This document shows positions 38,455 to 49,143 of a DNA stretch of 53,609 nt, in pieces. Under the pieces are notes generated by a model, which saw only the letters and a program-made list of their open reading frames with translations, had not been told where the DNA came from and ran no database searches. The DNA is from Acidobacteria bacterium UBA823 (GTDB lineage Bacteria > Acidobacteriota > Vicinamibacteria > Vicinamibacterales > UBA823): the NCBI GenBank assembly GCA_002296225.1, contig DBHR01000046.1:3291-56899 (forward strand), given 5' to 3'. Within the stretch, counting starts at the first letter, position 1. Each line of letters starts with the position of its first letter. The translations under genes and the position numbers were made by a program.

Positions 38455-38730
38455 GCCGATTCAAGACTTCCACGCAGCTAGCGGCGGAACTCAGACGGCA
38501 GCTACTATACCCATCTCGCCAAATCTATGGAAGCTTGACAGTTATCACCCTTGAGATCAGCCAGCTGGCCGCCACCTCGCCCGCCGCTAGCCAACTAGAG
38601 CGAGGAATGATCGATTCGGCAGGCAGTCTGGGAACCTACGTCTCACAACACTACATTTTCGGTCTTGCTGCCACCAGCGATCGTCGTTAAGCTTATGCTT
38701 CTTTCATCAAAAGTAGACTATACGAGAGCC

Positions 38731-39651
38731 GTGGCTTCATCACGTCCATCCACACACGCCGTACTCAATACCGCCCTGCCCAACATCACGTCGTACGGCC
38801 GCGGGAAGGTAAGGGACATGTATGCCGTAGGCGATTACCTGCTGATGGTAACAACCGACCGCATCTCGGCATTTGACTTCGTGCTCGGTTCGCCGATTCC
38901 CGACAAGGGTAAGGTCCTAACACAGCTTTCGGCATTCTGGTTTGAGCAAACCGCCGACATCGTCTCAAATCACGTCGTTTCCACTAAACCGGAAGAATAT
39001 CCGGAGTCACTCCGGCCTCACGCCGAACTACTCCGGGGACGCTCAATGCTCGTACGCAAAACGAAGCCGGTGCTGGTCGAGTGCGTGGCACGCGGATACC
39101 TGTCTGGGTCCGGTTGGAAGGAATACCGGCAGACCGGCGGCGTATGCGGCATCACACTGGCGCCAGGACTCAAGGAATCCGACCGGCTGCCGACGCCGAT
39201 CTTTACGCCGGCTACTAAGGCTGAATCGGGCCACGACATCAACATAAGCGAGACCGAGGCGGGTCGATTAGTCGGCAGGGACCTCATCTCAAAGCTGCGC
39301 GATATCACCATGGCACTCTACGCGTTCGGCGCCGCGCATGCCGAAGCCCGTGGTATTATCGTTGCCGATACGAAATTCGAGTTCGGCCTCGTAAAATCCA
39401 ATGGAACAGAGACGATAATCCTCATCGACGAGGTGCTGACGCCAGACTCGTCACGCTTCTGGCCGAAGTCCGAGTACCGTCCTGGCGGGCCGCAGCCAAG
39501 TTTCGACAAGCAGTACGTCCGTGACTATCTAGAGGACATTCACTGGAACAAACAGCCCCCCGTGCCGACGCTACCTGATAACGTCGTGGCGAAGACCCGC
39601 GAGAAGTACATCAAGGCCTTGCGAGTCCTCAGTAACCGCGATTTACAATAA
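38731..39651 (+). CDS. purC: SAICAR synthetase
   Basis: GKVRD.Y, TDRISAFD, ECVARGYL.GSG, FTPATKA..GHD.NI, ADTKFEFG, DEVLTPDSSRFW, DKQYVRD. The start is approximate. Confidence 0.96.
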   Translation: MASSRPSTHAVLNTALPNITSYGRGKVRDMYAVGDYLLMVTTDRISAFDFVLGSPIPDKGKVLTQLSAFWFEQTADIVSNHVVSTKPEEYPESLRPHAELLRGRSMLVRKTKPVLVECVARGYLSGSGWKEYRQTGGVCGITLAPGLKESDRLPTPIFTPATKAESGHDINISETEAGRLVGRDLISKLRDITMALYAFGAAHAEARGIIVADTKFEFGLVKSNGTETIILIDEVLTPDSSRFWPKSEYRPGGPQPSFDKQYVRDYLEDIHWNKQPPVPTLPDNVVAKTREKYIKALRVLSNRDLQ

Positions 39652-39695
39652 GCGTTGCCTGGCTGACTGCAGCGCCCAAGCGGAGAGCATGAGAC

Positions 39696-39953
39696 ATGCG
39701 TGAACGACTAAACCGACTAGTCGAAGAGATGCTTGAGAAGGGCGTCCTCTACGAGGATGCTCGCCAGGAATTCGAGCGGCGGTTCGTCACTTGCGCTCTC
39801 ACCCGCTCGAAGGGCAACCTCTCTCGTGCCGCGGAGCTACTAGGCCTGCACCGCAACACGCTTGGACGAAAGGTCGCAGCGTACCGGATCAAGCGTACGC
39901 CGCTCAAGGCCAGCGAGCCGCGCCGCCAACGGATCCCGAAATCCGTCGCCTGA
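39696..39953 (+). CDS. small Fis-type helix-turn-helix protein
   Basis: EFERRFV..AL....GNLSRAAELLGLHRNTL.RK (HTH_8 pattern), with no AAA+ domain. Confidence 0.88.
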   Translation: MRERLNRLVEEMLEKGVLYEDARQEFERRFVTCALTRSKGNLSRAAELLGLHRNTLGRKVAAYRIKRTPLKASEPRRQRIPKSVA

Positions 39954-40076
39954 CGGCTGAATCCGAGTCGGGCGGTGCTGTCTCCCCACGGAGCAACTAA
40001 GAACCGACGGCTCGATTCTCGAGCCAAGGCAGCACTGAAACGGCGTCGAGACCGGCCGACAGTCATCCTGGAGCAC

Positions 40077-40106
40077 TTGACACACCCTTGGGCAGGAACG
40101 CATAAT
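40077..40106 (+). promoter_or_regulatory. sigma70 promoter of groESL
   Basis: TTGACA (40077-40082), 18-nt spacer, CATAAT (40101-40106). Confidence 0.7.
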
Positions 40107-40132
40107 TAGCAGTTGCCCAGGCTGACTGCTGA
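40106..40132 (+). promoter_or_regulatory. CIRCE-like (HrcA) operator
   Basis: TTAGCAGTT-N9-GACTGCTGA versus consensus TTAGCACTC-N9-GAGTGCTAA; it overlaps the predicted groES transcription start. Confidence 0.8.
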
Positions 40133-40201
40133 GCGCCAGGGTAATCCCGCATACCGGGAGCGTGTACCACAACAACTATTACGGAGAGTGGAGTTGAGGC
40201 A

Positions 40202-40519
40202 ATGAAAGTCAGACCACTACACGATCGTATCATCGTGCAACGGATCGACGAAGGCGAACAAAAGGTCGGCGGCATCATCATCCCCGATACCGCCAAGGAA
40301 AAGCCGCAGCAGGGCAAAGTGATTGCAGCGGGCAAAGGAAAGGTAAAGGACGACGGCAAGGTCGTTCCTATGGACGTCAAGAAAGGCGATCTCATTTTGT
40401 TCGGCAAATATGGCGGGCAGGAGATCAAGTTGGACGGCGAAGAGTACATGATCATGCGCGAGGAAGAAGTGCTCGGTGTGATCGAGGGCACATCCAAGAG
40501 CAAGAGCAAGAAGAAATAA
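40202..40519 (+). CDS. groES: co-chaperonin GroES
   Basis: RPLHDR, GGIIIPDTAKEKPQQG.V.A.G.G, VK.GD..LFGKY.G.EI. Confidence 0.98.
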   Translation: MKVRPLHDRIIVQRIDEGEQKVGGIIIPDTAKEKPQQGKVIAAGKGKVKDDGKVVPMDVKKGDLILFGKYGGQEIKLDGEEYMIMREEEVLGVIEGTSKSKSKKK

Positions 40520-42226
<1,707 letters not shown>

Positions 42227-42252
42227 GCCCCACCGAACACCGAGCCAAACAT

Positions 42253-42294
42253 CAACGGCCTGGCGGGCAGTCGCTCGTCGGGCCGTTGCTCTTT
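42253..42294 (+). terminator. intrinsic terminator after groEL
   Basis: 16-bp stem with G:U pairs, CAACGGCCTGGCGGGC-AGTC-GCTCGTCGGGCCGTTG, followed by CTCTTT; lies between convergent genes. Confidence 0.7.
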
Positions 42295-42315
42295 CCGACC
42301 CGCTAATCACGCTGG

Positions 42316-43314
42316 TCAGCGCAGGGTGAACGTCAGTTCGATTACAACCAGCACAGGGACCGGTTGTCCAAACCTGGTACCTGGAGCGAACCGCCACTGC
42401 CGTACGGCCCGGAGCGCTTCCTGGTCAAGACCGAAAACGCGATCGAGCGACTTCGTGATCCGCACTTCACCTACCGAACCATCCGGCATGACTACCGCTT
42501 CGATCCAGACGGAGCCCTGCACCTTAGCCCGCATCGCGTTGGCCGTATATTGTGGCTTGACCTCTCGGAGCGGCCGCGGGTTGACAACGTCCGTGCCAGG
42601 ACGGTAAACGCCGCCGCCGGTGCCACCCCCTTCGCCAGGACCCAACCCAGAGCCGGCACCCGGACCGATCCCGGCGCCTTCGCCGGTACCGCCGCCGGCT
42701 CCGCTCCCCAAGCCTCGCGAGAGAGACAGCGTTTGAACAACGGGCAGCCCCTGCATTACACCAGATAGCATCTGATTCGACGACGCGAGCGTCTTCGCGG
42801 GAATGTTCATTTCTTGCTCGGGCTCAGGTTCGTCGTCGCTCTCGGAGTCTTCAAGCTCGGGCGGCTGACTGACGGGAACGGTGGTCGCGTCTGGTCCGGG
42901 CAACTCCACCGGCGTCGGTGGCGCCGACATCTCATTGCCTCCGCCACCCCCACCTCCACCCGGTCCCTCCATCGGGACCCACACGATGTTGAAGCTTCGA
43001 AGATCAGGCAGGAAGGGCGTCCCGCGACGCGCAGCAAATTGCGCCGAGAGAAAACCGACGATCAAGAAAACCGCGATATGCGTCCCCACCGACACACCGA
43101 TGGCCCGACTCATCCGTTGGGAATGGGTCAGCTTGCCGAACAGTAGGTCGTCGGGCTTACCGTGATTGGATGCAACCGAGAGATGAGTGTCGGCCTCCGC
43201 GCAAAAGCCCAGAGCTTGCGTTACCTTGGTCCGTGCCCAAGTTATCCGAGCGGTCAGCTGCGACCAACAAATCCCGAGTTTGATTATCCACGCCATCCCA
43301 AGTCGCCCGTTCAC
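42316..43314 (-). CDS. TonB-family energy transducer (TM, Gly/Pro-rich linker, TonB C-terminal domain)
   Basis: TM with S...H; poly-Gly linker; KPQYT..AM.AKVQG.V....VV..DG.V...GLDQEA..AV.QWRF.PG...G.PV. The start is uncertain (43314, 43296 or 43113). Confidence 0.88.
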   Translation of the reverse strand: MNGRLGMAWIIKLGICWSQLTARITWARTKVTQALGFCAEADTHLSVASNHGKPDDLLFGKLTHSQRMSRAIGVSVGTHIAVFLIVGFLSAQFAARRGTPFLPDLRSFNIVWVPMEGPGGGGGGGGNEMSAPPTPVELPGPDATTVPVSQPPELEDSESDDEPEPEQEMNIPAKTLASSNQMLSGVMQGLPVVQTLSLSRGLGSGAGGGTGEGAGIGPGAGSGLGPGEGGGTGGGVYRPGTDVVNPRPLREVKPQYTANAMRAKVQGSVWIEAVVMPDGSVGEVRITKSLDRVFGLDQEALRAVRQWRFAPGTRFGQPVPVLVVIELTFTLR

Positions 43315-43415
43315 TCTTGATCGACAACCTGCGCCGACCTAACAGCACACCGGACCGTGTGGCCCCGTATCCTTAAGGACGTCGAATAGCGAGATCTGGC
43401 CGCGTGCGCACGGGT

Positions 43416-43868
43416 TCACACCCGCCCCGTCCAGGCACCAATGGCTGCGTTCCCCCCGCCGTATGCATGCAAGATGGCGAGCGCATCTGCGACTCGGGGC
43501 TCGCCACGAATCGCGACTAGCACGCCCCCACGCTTTGTCAGCGTCTCAAAGATAAAACCATCGTGTACCTGAAAGCCGACATTTGGCATGGCGGCCGCTA
43601 TACCTTTCTCCGCGAGAGCCCTCTCAGTACCCTGCAGCGCTTCAACGAGCGGTCCATGCAGTCGCAGGGTCCCAACGACCCGCACTTCGAGCGTGTCTCC
43701 GCACGCACCGAATGTTTTCTGCAGTAGGTCCGAAACACCCGGGCCGTCGGTCGCAACAACGCTCAGGGCCTCGGAGGAGAACTCGTGCGCCGCGAGCGCC
43801 GCAAGCACACGCTCCGCTGCCCCAACGCTTTCAAATACGCCAACGGCATAGCAATCATTCTGCACCAT
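43416..43868 (-). CDS. hypothetical protein (weak resemblance to general-stress/YflT-like proteins)
   Basis: AVGVFE....AE..L.AL....F..E.LSVV at the N-terminus and RGGVLVAI near the C-terminus. Start set to the ATG at 43868. Confidence 0.7.
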   Translation of the reverse strand: MVQNDCYAVGVFESVGAAERVLAALAAHEFSSEALSVVATDGPGVSDLLQKTFGACGDTLEVRVVGTLRLHGPLVEALQGTERALAEKGIAAAMPNVGFQVHDGFIFETLTKRGGVLVAIRGEPRVADALAILHAYGGGNAAIGAWTGRV

Positions 43869-44017
43869 GAGTCTGTTCCAACCTGCGATCGCGACAGACC
43901 ACTTACTGGCCCGGGCCCGTCGACCGCGCCTCACCTCCCCCGCAGTTTACCGCCTCGGCGCGCAGATTGGCAAAAGTCGGTGGTAGAATTGACGTATCAC
44001 GCACGAAAGAAATACAG

Positions 44018-44170
44018 ATGGGTATTGGCGTAGCAGAGTTACTGGTCATCATCCTGATCGTCCTTATGATTTTCGGGACCAACCGTCTACCGGCCCTGGC
44101 TCGTGGCGTCGGTCGGGGTATCAAGAACTTTCGCGAAGCGACTCGTAAAGGTGACAACCGCCAGAACTGA
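44018..44170 (+). CDS. tatA: twin-arginine translocase TatA/E subunit
   Basis: [32 protein letters not shown] (TM, FG hinge, amphipathic helix). Confidence 0.93.
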   Translation: MGIGVAELLVIILIVLMIFGTNRLPALARGVGRGIKNFREATRKGDNRQN

Positions 44171-44182
44171 CGCTTCGTGTTG

Positions 44183-46138
44183 TCAGATCACCACGCGACC
44201 ATGCCCCACACGCCGGGTCATCCGTTCACGATCTAAATATTCAAGCAGTGGAATCGCGTACTTTCGGGTAATTCCGTAACGTTCCTTGAAGGTTCCAACG
44301 TCGATCCGCACCGGTTCTACTGCCTTTCCACCTAGGGTTTTCATCGCCGCCACCTCGGCCTTGAGACGGCGCAAGGTCTCCGCGTGGAAGAACAACGTAT
44401 GCACCTTCACGAGGACTTTCTCCCGGATCAAAAGCTTCGCGATGCGCTCCGCTACGTCGGGTTCAATCCCAGCGACAGAGGCCAGACCAGCCACATCGGG
44501 TGGCGCGAACCCGCCCTGCCGAACTGCGTCTTCAATCGCGTCACGGGCCTTCGCCTCGTCCGCCGACAAAGACACTCGGTGGTTCTTGAGCGCTAGACAG
44601 TCGCGAGCGGTGATCCGGTCGCTGTCGACCAAGTCGGCAAGCACCCAATCGAAAACACTCTGGTGTGTCCAACGGAACAGACGCTCCCGAGCTTCTTCGC
44701 GCGGTAAGCCTTCAGACAGGGGGTGATCTCTGTGGTATGTCGTGAGCGATGCCAGGAGGCGTTCCCCTCTCTCGTGGAGTAATGACGGCGCGAGCAGACG
44801 ATCGCCGACGCGAACCGCGGTACCATCCGCTTCCAACCTGGCTACGATCGACTCAACGGCGGCCGGTGACGCACCGAGCCGGTGGATTAAGGCCGAAATG
44901 GGTAGCCCTTGCCCCGCTTGTTCCTCTATTACGGCGCGTGCAGCGGAGTGAAATCGTCCGCCGACCTTTCCAGCCTCCTCGACGGTGTTCAATCGCTCGA
45001 ACCGCTGCTGTCCAACCGCAGTACGCACCCCAATTTTTGGCGGCTGTGAATCAAGCACAACGCCTCCAGCGATCGTCATTGGGGGTGAATAGGCTCGCAG
45101 AATATACCGGTCGCCGCGGGTAAGTACCGCCGGCGCCTCTAATCGAACCCTCACGTATCCATGCTTGCCAGGCTGGATCTCACCGCAATCGGCTAGCGGC
45201 TTCCCAGCCGACCCCGAAACGGCAACCCGGCCAAGAACTTCACATGTCCCGTGGTGGAACCGCACGCGCGCACCGTGTCGCAACGGTTTAGCACTGGGCA
45301 GGAGTTCCACGGTCCCGTCGAAGCAGCGGGTAGCCTTGAAACAATCTGGCGTCACGAGAGAATCCCCGCGAACCACCTCAGCCAACTCAATGCCGCTGAG
45401 GTTGACTGCGACCCGGCGACCCGCCCCAGCCGAACCCTGCTTCGCACCGTGAACCTGTAAACCGCGCACCTTCAACCGCCGGCCTACGGGAAGAAGCACC
45501 AACTCATCCCCAACATCTATCCGACCCGACGCGAGCGTTCCCGTCACGACAGTGCCAAATCCTCGCATCGAGAACACTCGGTCAATGGGCAGCCTCACGG
45601 CGCCTACCTCCGTCGGTGTCATCTCTGTTTTCCGTGTAACGTCACGCAAAGCTGACCGAAGTTCATCAAGACCATCCCCTAGTTTGGCCGACACCGGCAC
45701 AACCGATGCATCAGCCAAAAATGACCCCGCTACCAACTCTTTGACCTCGAGCCGCACCAAGTCGACGGTCTCTCGATCGATCAGATCCGACTTGGTTAAG
45801 GCGATGACACCCCGCGACACCTGTAACAGACGACAGATGTCGAAATGTTCCCTGGTCTGCGGCATCACCGATTCATCGGCAGCCACGACGAGTAAAACGG
45901 CATTAATGCCGCCCACGCCAGCCAACATATTCTTAACGAACCGCTCGTGCCCAGGCACATCAACGAAGGACAACACAGTGCCATCGGTTTCTTTGTAGTG
46001 GGCGAAACCGAGATCGATCGTGATGCCACGATCCTTCTCTTCCTTTAGGCGGTCGGGGTCGGTTCCGGTCAGGGAGCGAACGAGTGCGCTCTTGCCATGG
46101 TCGATATGGCCGGCCGTACCAATAACAATCGTTTTCAC
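44183..46138 (-). CDS. selB: selenocysteine-specific elongation factor
   Basis: [48 protein letters not shown]-terminal winged helix [13 protein letters not shown]...TRR.G..R. Confidence 0.97.
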   Translation of the reverse strand: MKTIVIGTAGHIDHGKSALVRSLTGTDPDRLKEEKDRGITIDLGFAHYKETDGTVLSFVDVPGHERFVKNMLAGVGGINAVLLVVAADESVMPQTREHFDICRLLQVSRGVIALTKSDLIDRETVDLVRLEVKELVAGSFLADASVVPVSAKLGDGLDELRSALRDVTRKTEMTPTEVGAVRLPIDRVFSMRGFGTVVTGTLASGRIDVGDELVLLPVGRRLKVRGLQVHGAKQGSAGAGRRVAVNLSGIELAEVVRGDSLVTPDCFKATRCFDGTVELLPSAKPLRHGARVRFHHGTCEVLGRVAVSGSAGKPLADCGEIQPGKHGYVRVRLEAPAVLTRGDRYILRAYSPPMTIAGGVVLDSQPPKIGVRTAVGQQRFERLNTVEEAGKVGGRFHSAARAVIEEQAGQGLPISALIHRLGASPAAVESIVARLEADGTAVRVGDRLLAPSLLHERGERLLASLTTYHRDHPLSEGLPREEARERLFRWTHQSVFDWVLADLVDSDRITARDCLALKNHRVSLSADEAKARDAIEDAVRQGGFAPPDVAGLASVAGIEPDVAERIAKLLIREKVLVKVHTLFFHAETLRRLKAEVAAMKTLGGKAVEPVRIDVGTFKERYGITRKYAIPLLEYLDRERMTRRVGHGRVVI

Positions 46139-46170
46139 AGTGCAATAATCACGCGCCGTCGAGCCAGACG

Positions 46171-48414
46171 TCAGCGGCGGCGAGCACCACCCTTACGCGT
46201 CTTGCGTAGCGTGCGCGTTTCACGCTTAAGTCGAACCTTGCTCCGACGTGCTCCACGATTCCGCTCAGAGATACGAACAGACTCGAGAATGTCGGCCAGA
46301 CCGAGGTCAACCTGACGACGTTCCAAGTCGACCCGAACAACCTGCGTGGTCACGCGATCACCAAGACGGTATCCCTTACCCGTCGCTTCCCCAAGTAGCA
46401 CATGTTCACGCTCAAGGAAGCGATAGTAGTCATCTGCCATGGTCGAAATGTGAACCAGCCCTTCGACGAAGTGTTCGACCAATTCTACAAACAGTCCAAA
46501 CGAAGTCACGCCGATTACGTAACCCTCAAATTCATCGCCAACTTTGTCGGCCATGAACCGCACCTTTTTCCACTGTACGAGCTCGCGCTCGGCCTCTTCG
46601 GCTCGGCGTTCCAGTTTAGACGTTTCCAAGGCGAGACCCGGCAGTTCCTTAGACAGGTCTCGACGTCTACCGACTGACAACTTTCCGCTCCTGGCCTCTC
46701 GAAGAGCGCGATGCACAACTAAGTCGGGATATCGCCGAATCGGCGACGTGAAGTGCGTGTAACTCGCTGCGGCTAAGCCAAAATGGCCTACGCATACCGG
46801 ATCGTAGCGCGCCTTCTGCATGGTTCGAAGCATCAGCAATGCAATCGGCTTCTCCTCCGGCATCCCTTTAATGCGCTTGACCAGCCGCTGGAAATGCACC
46901 GGCTTCGCATTACCTTCCTTGGCTGCGAGGCTGTACCCCAACGTTGTGATGAATTCCTCAAATTCAAGAACCTTGGTTATATTTGGGGCATCGTGCACGC
47001 GGTAGAGCGTGGGCATATCGCACGCACGAAGGTGTTCCGCCACGACCTCATTGGCCAGCAACATAAACTCTTCGATGATATGGTGCGCTACGTTACGCTC
47101 AGCTGCTGTAATGGCTGCGACCAATCCAGCTTCATCGAACACCAACTCGGATTCCTTGAGATCGAAATCAATCGAACCACGTCGGCGACGACGCCTGGCC
47201 AGCACCTCAAACAGTGCACGCATCAGCTCAAAGACTGGTGCGAGAGCCAAAAATCGTGTCCGCGTCGGCGAATCACCTTCGGCCAGGATGGCGTTGACTT
47301 CTACATAGGTCATCCGAGCATCGCTGTGAATAACGCCGTCGTGCATCTCGTGGCGAACGACCTCGCCCTGTTGGGTAATCTCCATGAGACACGATTGCAC
47401 CAATCGATCGACTTGCGGCTTCAAGCTACAGAGTCCAGTCGACAGCGCGGCCGGAAACATGTGCACGGCTCGTTCAGGAAAATACACCGAGGTGCCTCGT
47501 TCACGCGCTTCACGGTCTAATGCGCTCCCGGGCTGAACGTAATGCGACACATCGGCAATGTGAACACCGAGCCAAAAATTTCCGTTGGGCAACCGCTCGA
47601 GCGTAATAGCATCGTCGAAGTCTCGCGCGTGCTCGCCGTCAATTGTGACGGTCGCCAACCCGCGAAAATCGGTTCGACCGCGTCGATCGCTCTCGCGAAC
47701 ATTTTTCCCGAGCCGCTCTGCCTCGCGGATGGCCGCTGCGCCGTGCGCGTCAGAAATGCCGTATTTCCGTAGCATGATCTCGATGTCAACGCCTGGCGCA
47801 TCTAACTCGCCGAGGACTTCGACAACCCGACCGACCGGGTTACGCGTTGCCGTGGGCCATCGGGTTAACTCAACCACAACGATTTCACCCGGCGAGGCGC
47901 CACCTCGATCTGAAGCTGGAATATGTACGTCCATGATGACTCGGCGATCGAACGGCACCACAAAACCGAACCCAGATTCATCAGCATCGTACCGAGCGAC
48001 AAGCGTTGCGGCTCCCCTCTCAAGAATCCTAACGATACGACCCTCGACTCGTCCGGTCTGGCCACGCCGTTCTGGCCGCACGACCACACGATCACCGTGC
48101 ATCGCCTGACTGAGATTGGCACCGGCGATATAGATATCCCCGTCAGTGCCGGCCTCGGCCTCGGGCGTGACAAACCCGAAACCACGAGGATTGGTATGAA
48201 CCCGGCCAATAATCAGATTCATTTTTTCTGGCAATCCGTAACGATTCCCGCGGATGCGCACCAATGCACCAGACGCCACGAGTGCCTTCAGCCGCCGCTC
48301 AAAGACTTTGCGTTGTTCCCGGGGTACCCGAAGGGTTTGCTGAAGCTCGCGAATCGTCGCAGGATGATCAACTCGCCTGCGGATACGCGCGAGCAGTTCG
48401 TCGGAAGCCGTCAT
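46171..48414 (-). CDS. rnr: ribonuclease R
   Basis: N-terminal HTH, GFGFV, A.HGD.V, TIDGE.ARDFDDA, VHIADVSHYV, IEEFML.AN, YTHFTSPIRRYPDL, S1 domain, basic tail. Confidence 0.96.
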   Translation of the reverse strand: MTASDELLARIRRRVDHPATIRELQQTLRVPREQRKVFERRLKALVASGALVRIRGNRYGLPEKMNLIIGRVHTNPRGFGFVTPEAEAGTDGDIYIAGANLSQAMHGDRVVVRPERRGQTGRVEGRIVRILERGAATLVARYDADESGFGFVVPFDRRVIMDVHIPASDRGGASPGEIVVVELTRWPTATRNPVGRVVEVLGELDAPGVDIEIMLRKYGISDAHGAAAIREAERLGKNVRESDRRGRTDFRGLATVTIDGEHARDFDDAITLERLPNGNFWLGVHIADVSHYVQPGSALDREARERGTSVYFPERAVHMFPAALSTGLCSLKPQVDRLVQSCLMEITQQGEVVRHEMHDGVIHSDARMTYVEVNAILAEGDSPTRTRFLALAPVFELMRALFEVLARRRRRRGSIDFDLKESELVFDEAGLVAAITAAERNVAHHIIEEFMLLANEVVAEHLRACDMPTLYRVHDAPNITKVLEFEEFITTLGYSLAAKEGNAKPVHFQRLVKRIKGMPEEKPIALLMLRTMQKARYDPVCVGHFGLAAASYTHFTSPIRRYPDLVVHRALREARSGKLSVGRRRDLSKELPGLALETSKLERRAEEAERELVQWKKVRFMADKVGDEFEGYVIGVTSFGLFVELVEHFVEGLVHISTMADDYYRFLEREHVLLGEATGKGYRLGDRVTTQVVRVDLERRQVDLGLADILESVRISERNRGARRSKVRLKRETRTLRKTRKGGARRR

Positions 48415-48547
48415 ATCAGCACAGTCACGGGCAAAAACTCCAACAAGCCAAAACCGCCATCAAAAGCTCCGCCATGTCGGCGCGCGCCGACACGAAATGC
48501 CCTTGCGTTTGACAGCACCTCGACCGAAAAGCCCGATTCGCAATCTG

Positions 48548-48838
48548 TCAGTGGACGTTACGCGGATCCGACGACGCTGACACGTGGGTGACGATGTCGA
48601 ACTGCCGTAGCAGACGGCCAAGTACCTCGCCGGCGTCGTCTTTACAGCAAAGCCGCTCCAGTTGCGCGAGGATTCTAAAGAGCGCAGCCTCTGCTTCGGT
48701 AATGGCGCTATCCGAAAAATACTCCCGTTGCTGCTGAAGACACCGTTGATGCTTAATGAATTCTTCGCGATAGAACTCGGCTCGCACGAACGCGGGAATC
48801 GCACACGAGCGCGCCTGAAGGCTAAAGCCAAGTGGCAT
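48548..48838 (-). CDS. hypothetical helical protein
   Basis: Protein-like amphipathic helices (FYREEFIKHQRCL..QREYFSD.AI.EAE.AL.RI..QLE.LC); has its own upstream promoter. Confidence 0.65.
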   Translation of the reverse strand: MPLGFSLQARSCAIPAFVRAEFYREEFIKHQRCLQQQREYFSDSAITEAEAALFRILAQLERLCCKDDAGEVLGRLLRQFDIVTHVSASSDPRNVH

Positions 48839-48871
48839 GTAACTTCTCGTCTAACTCGTCGCCTGCCCGCC

Positions 48872-48901
48872 AGTGTAGGCTCCCACGTGACAGGCTGTCA
48901 A
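48872..48901 (-). promoter_or_regulatory. sigma70 promoter with an overlapping palindrome
   Basis: Minus strand TTGACA (48901-48896), 18-nt spacer, TACACT (48877-48872); palindrome TGACAG-G-CTGTCA at 48888-48900. Confidence 0.6.
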
Positions 48902-49143
48902 ACACTGGCCCTGCACCCTGTTGTCTGGCTCGGTCGGAAAGATAGACTTGGACAGTTTGATGGTTATAGAGAACTCTCAGAACACGTTGAGGCTGCAACC
49001 GCACCCCTCGACATGATCGACTTTGATCACGTTCTATTCGCGGCGCACGTGGATACCGTCAGTCTCGAGCCTGAACTAAACCGAAAGACTTATCACGAAG
49101 AACGCCGCCCGTACCGTGCAGCCGGTCCGGCTTGTGCAACGAC

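Noticed and set aside
38648-38663. NrdR box (ACACTACATTTTCGGT) in the region upstream of the nrdR operon and purC
   Set aside because: Single copy, and the conserved G of the right half-site is missing; NrdR boxes usually occur in tandem.
39973-40037. SRP (4.5S) RNA, because GCCAAGGCAG resembles the flank of E. coli domain IV
   Set aside because: The conserved CAGG...GNRA...AGCA symmetric loop and tetraloop are absent. Kept only as an unnamed structure.
42600-42965. Gly-rich repeats as a repeat element
   Set aside because: They are the low-complexity linker of the TonB-family protein.
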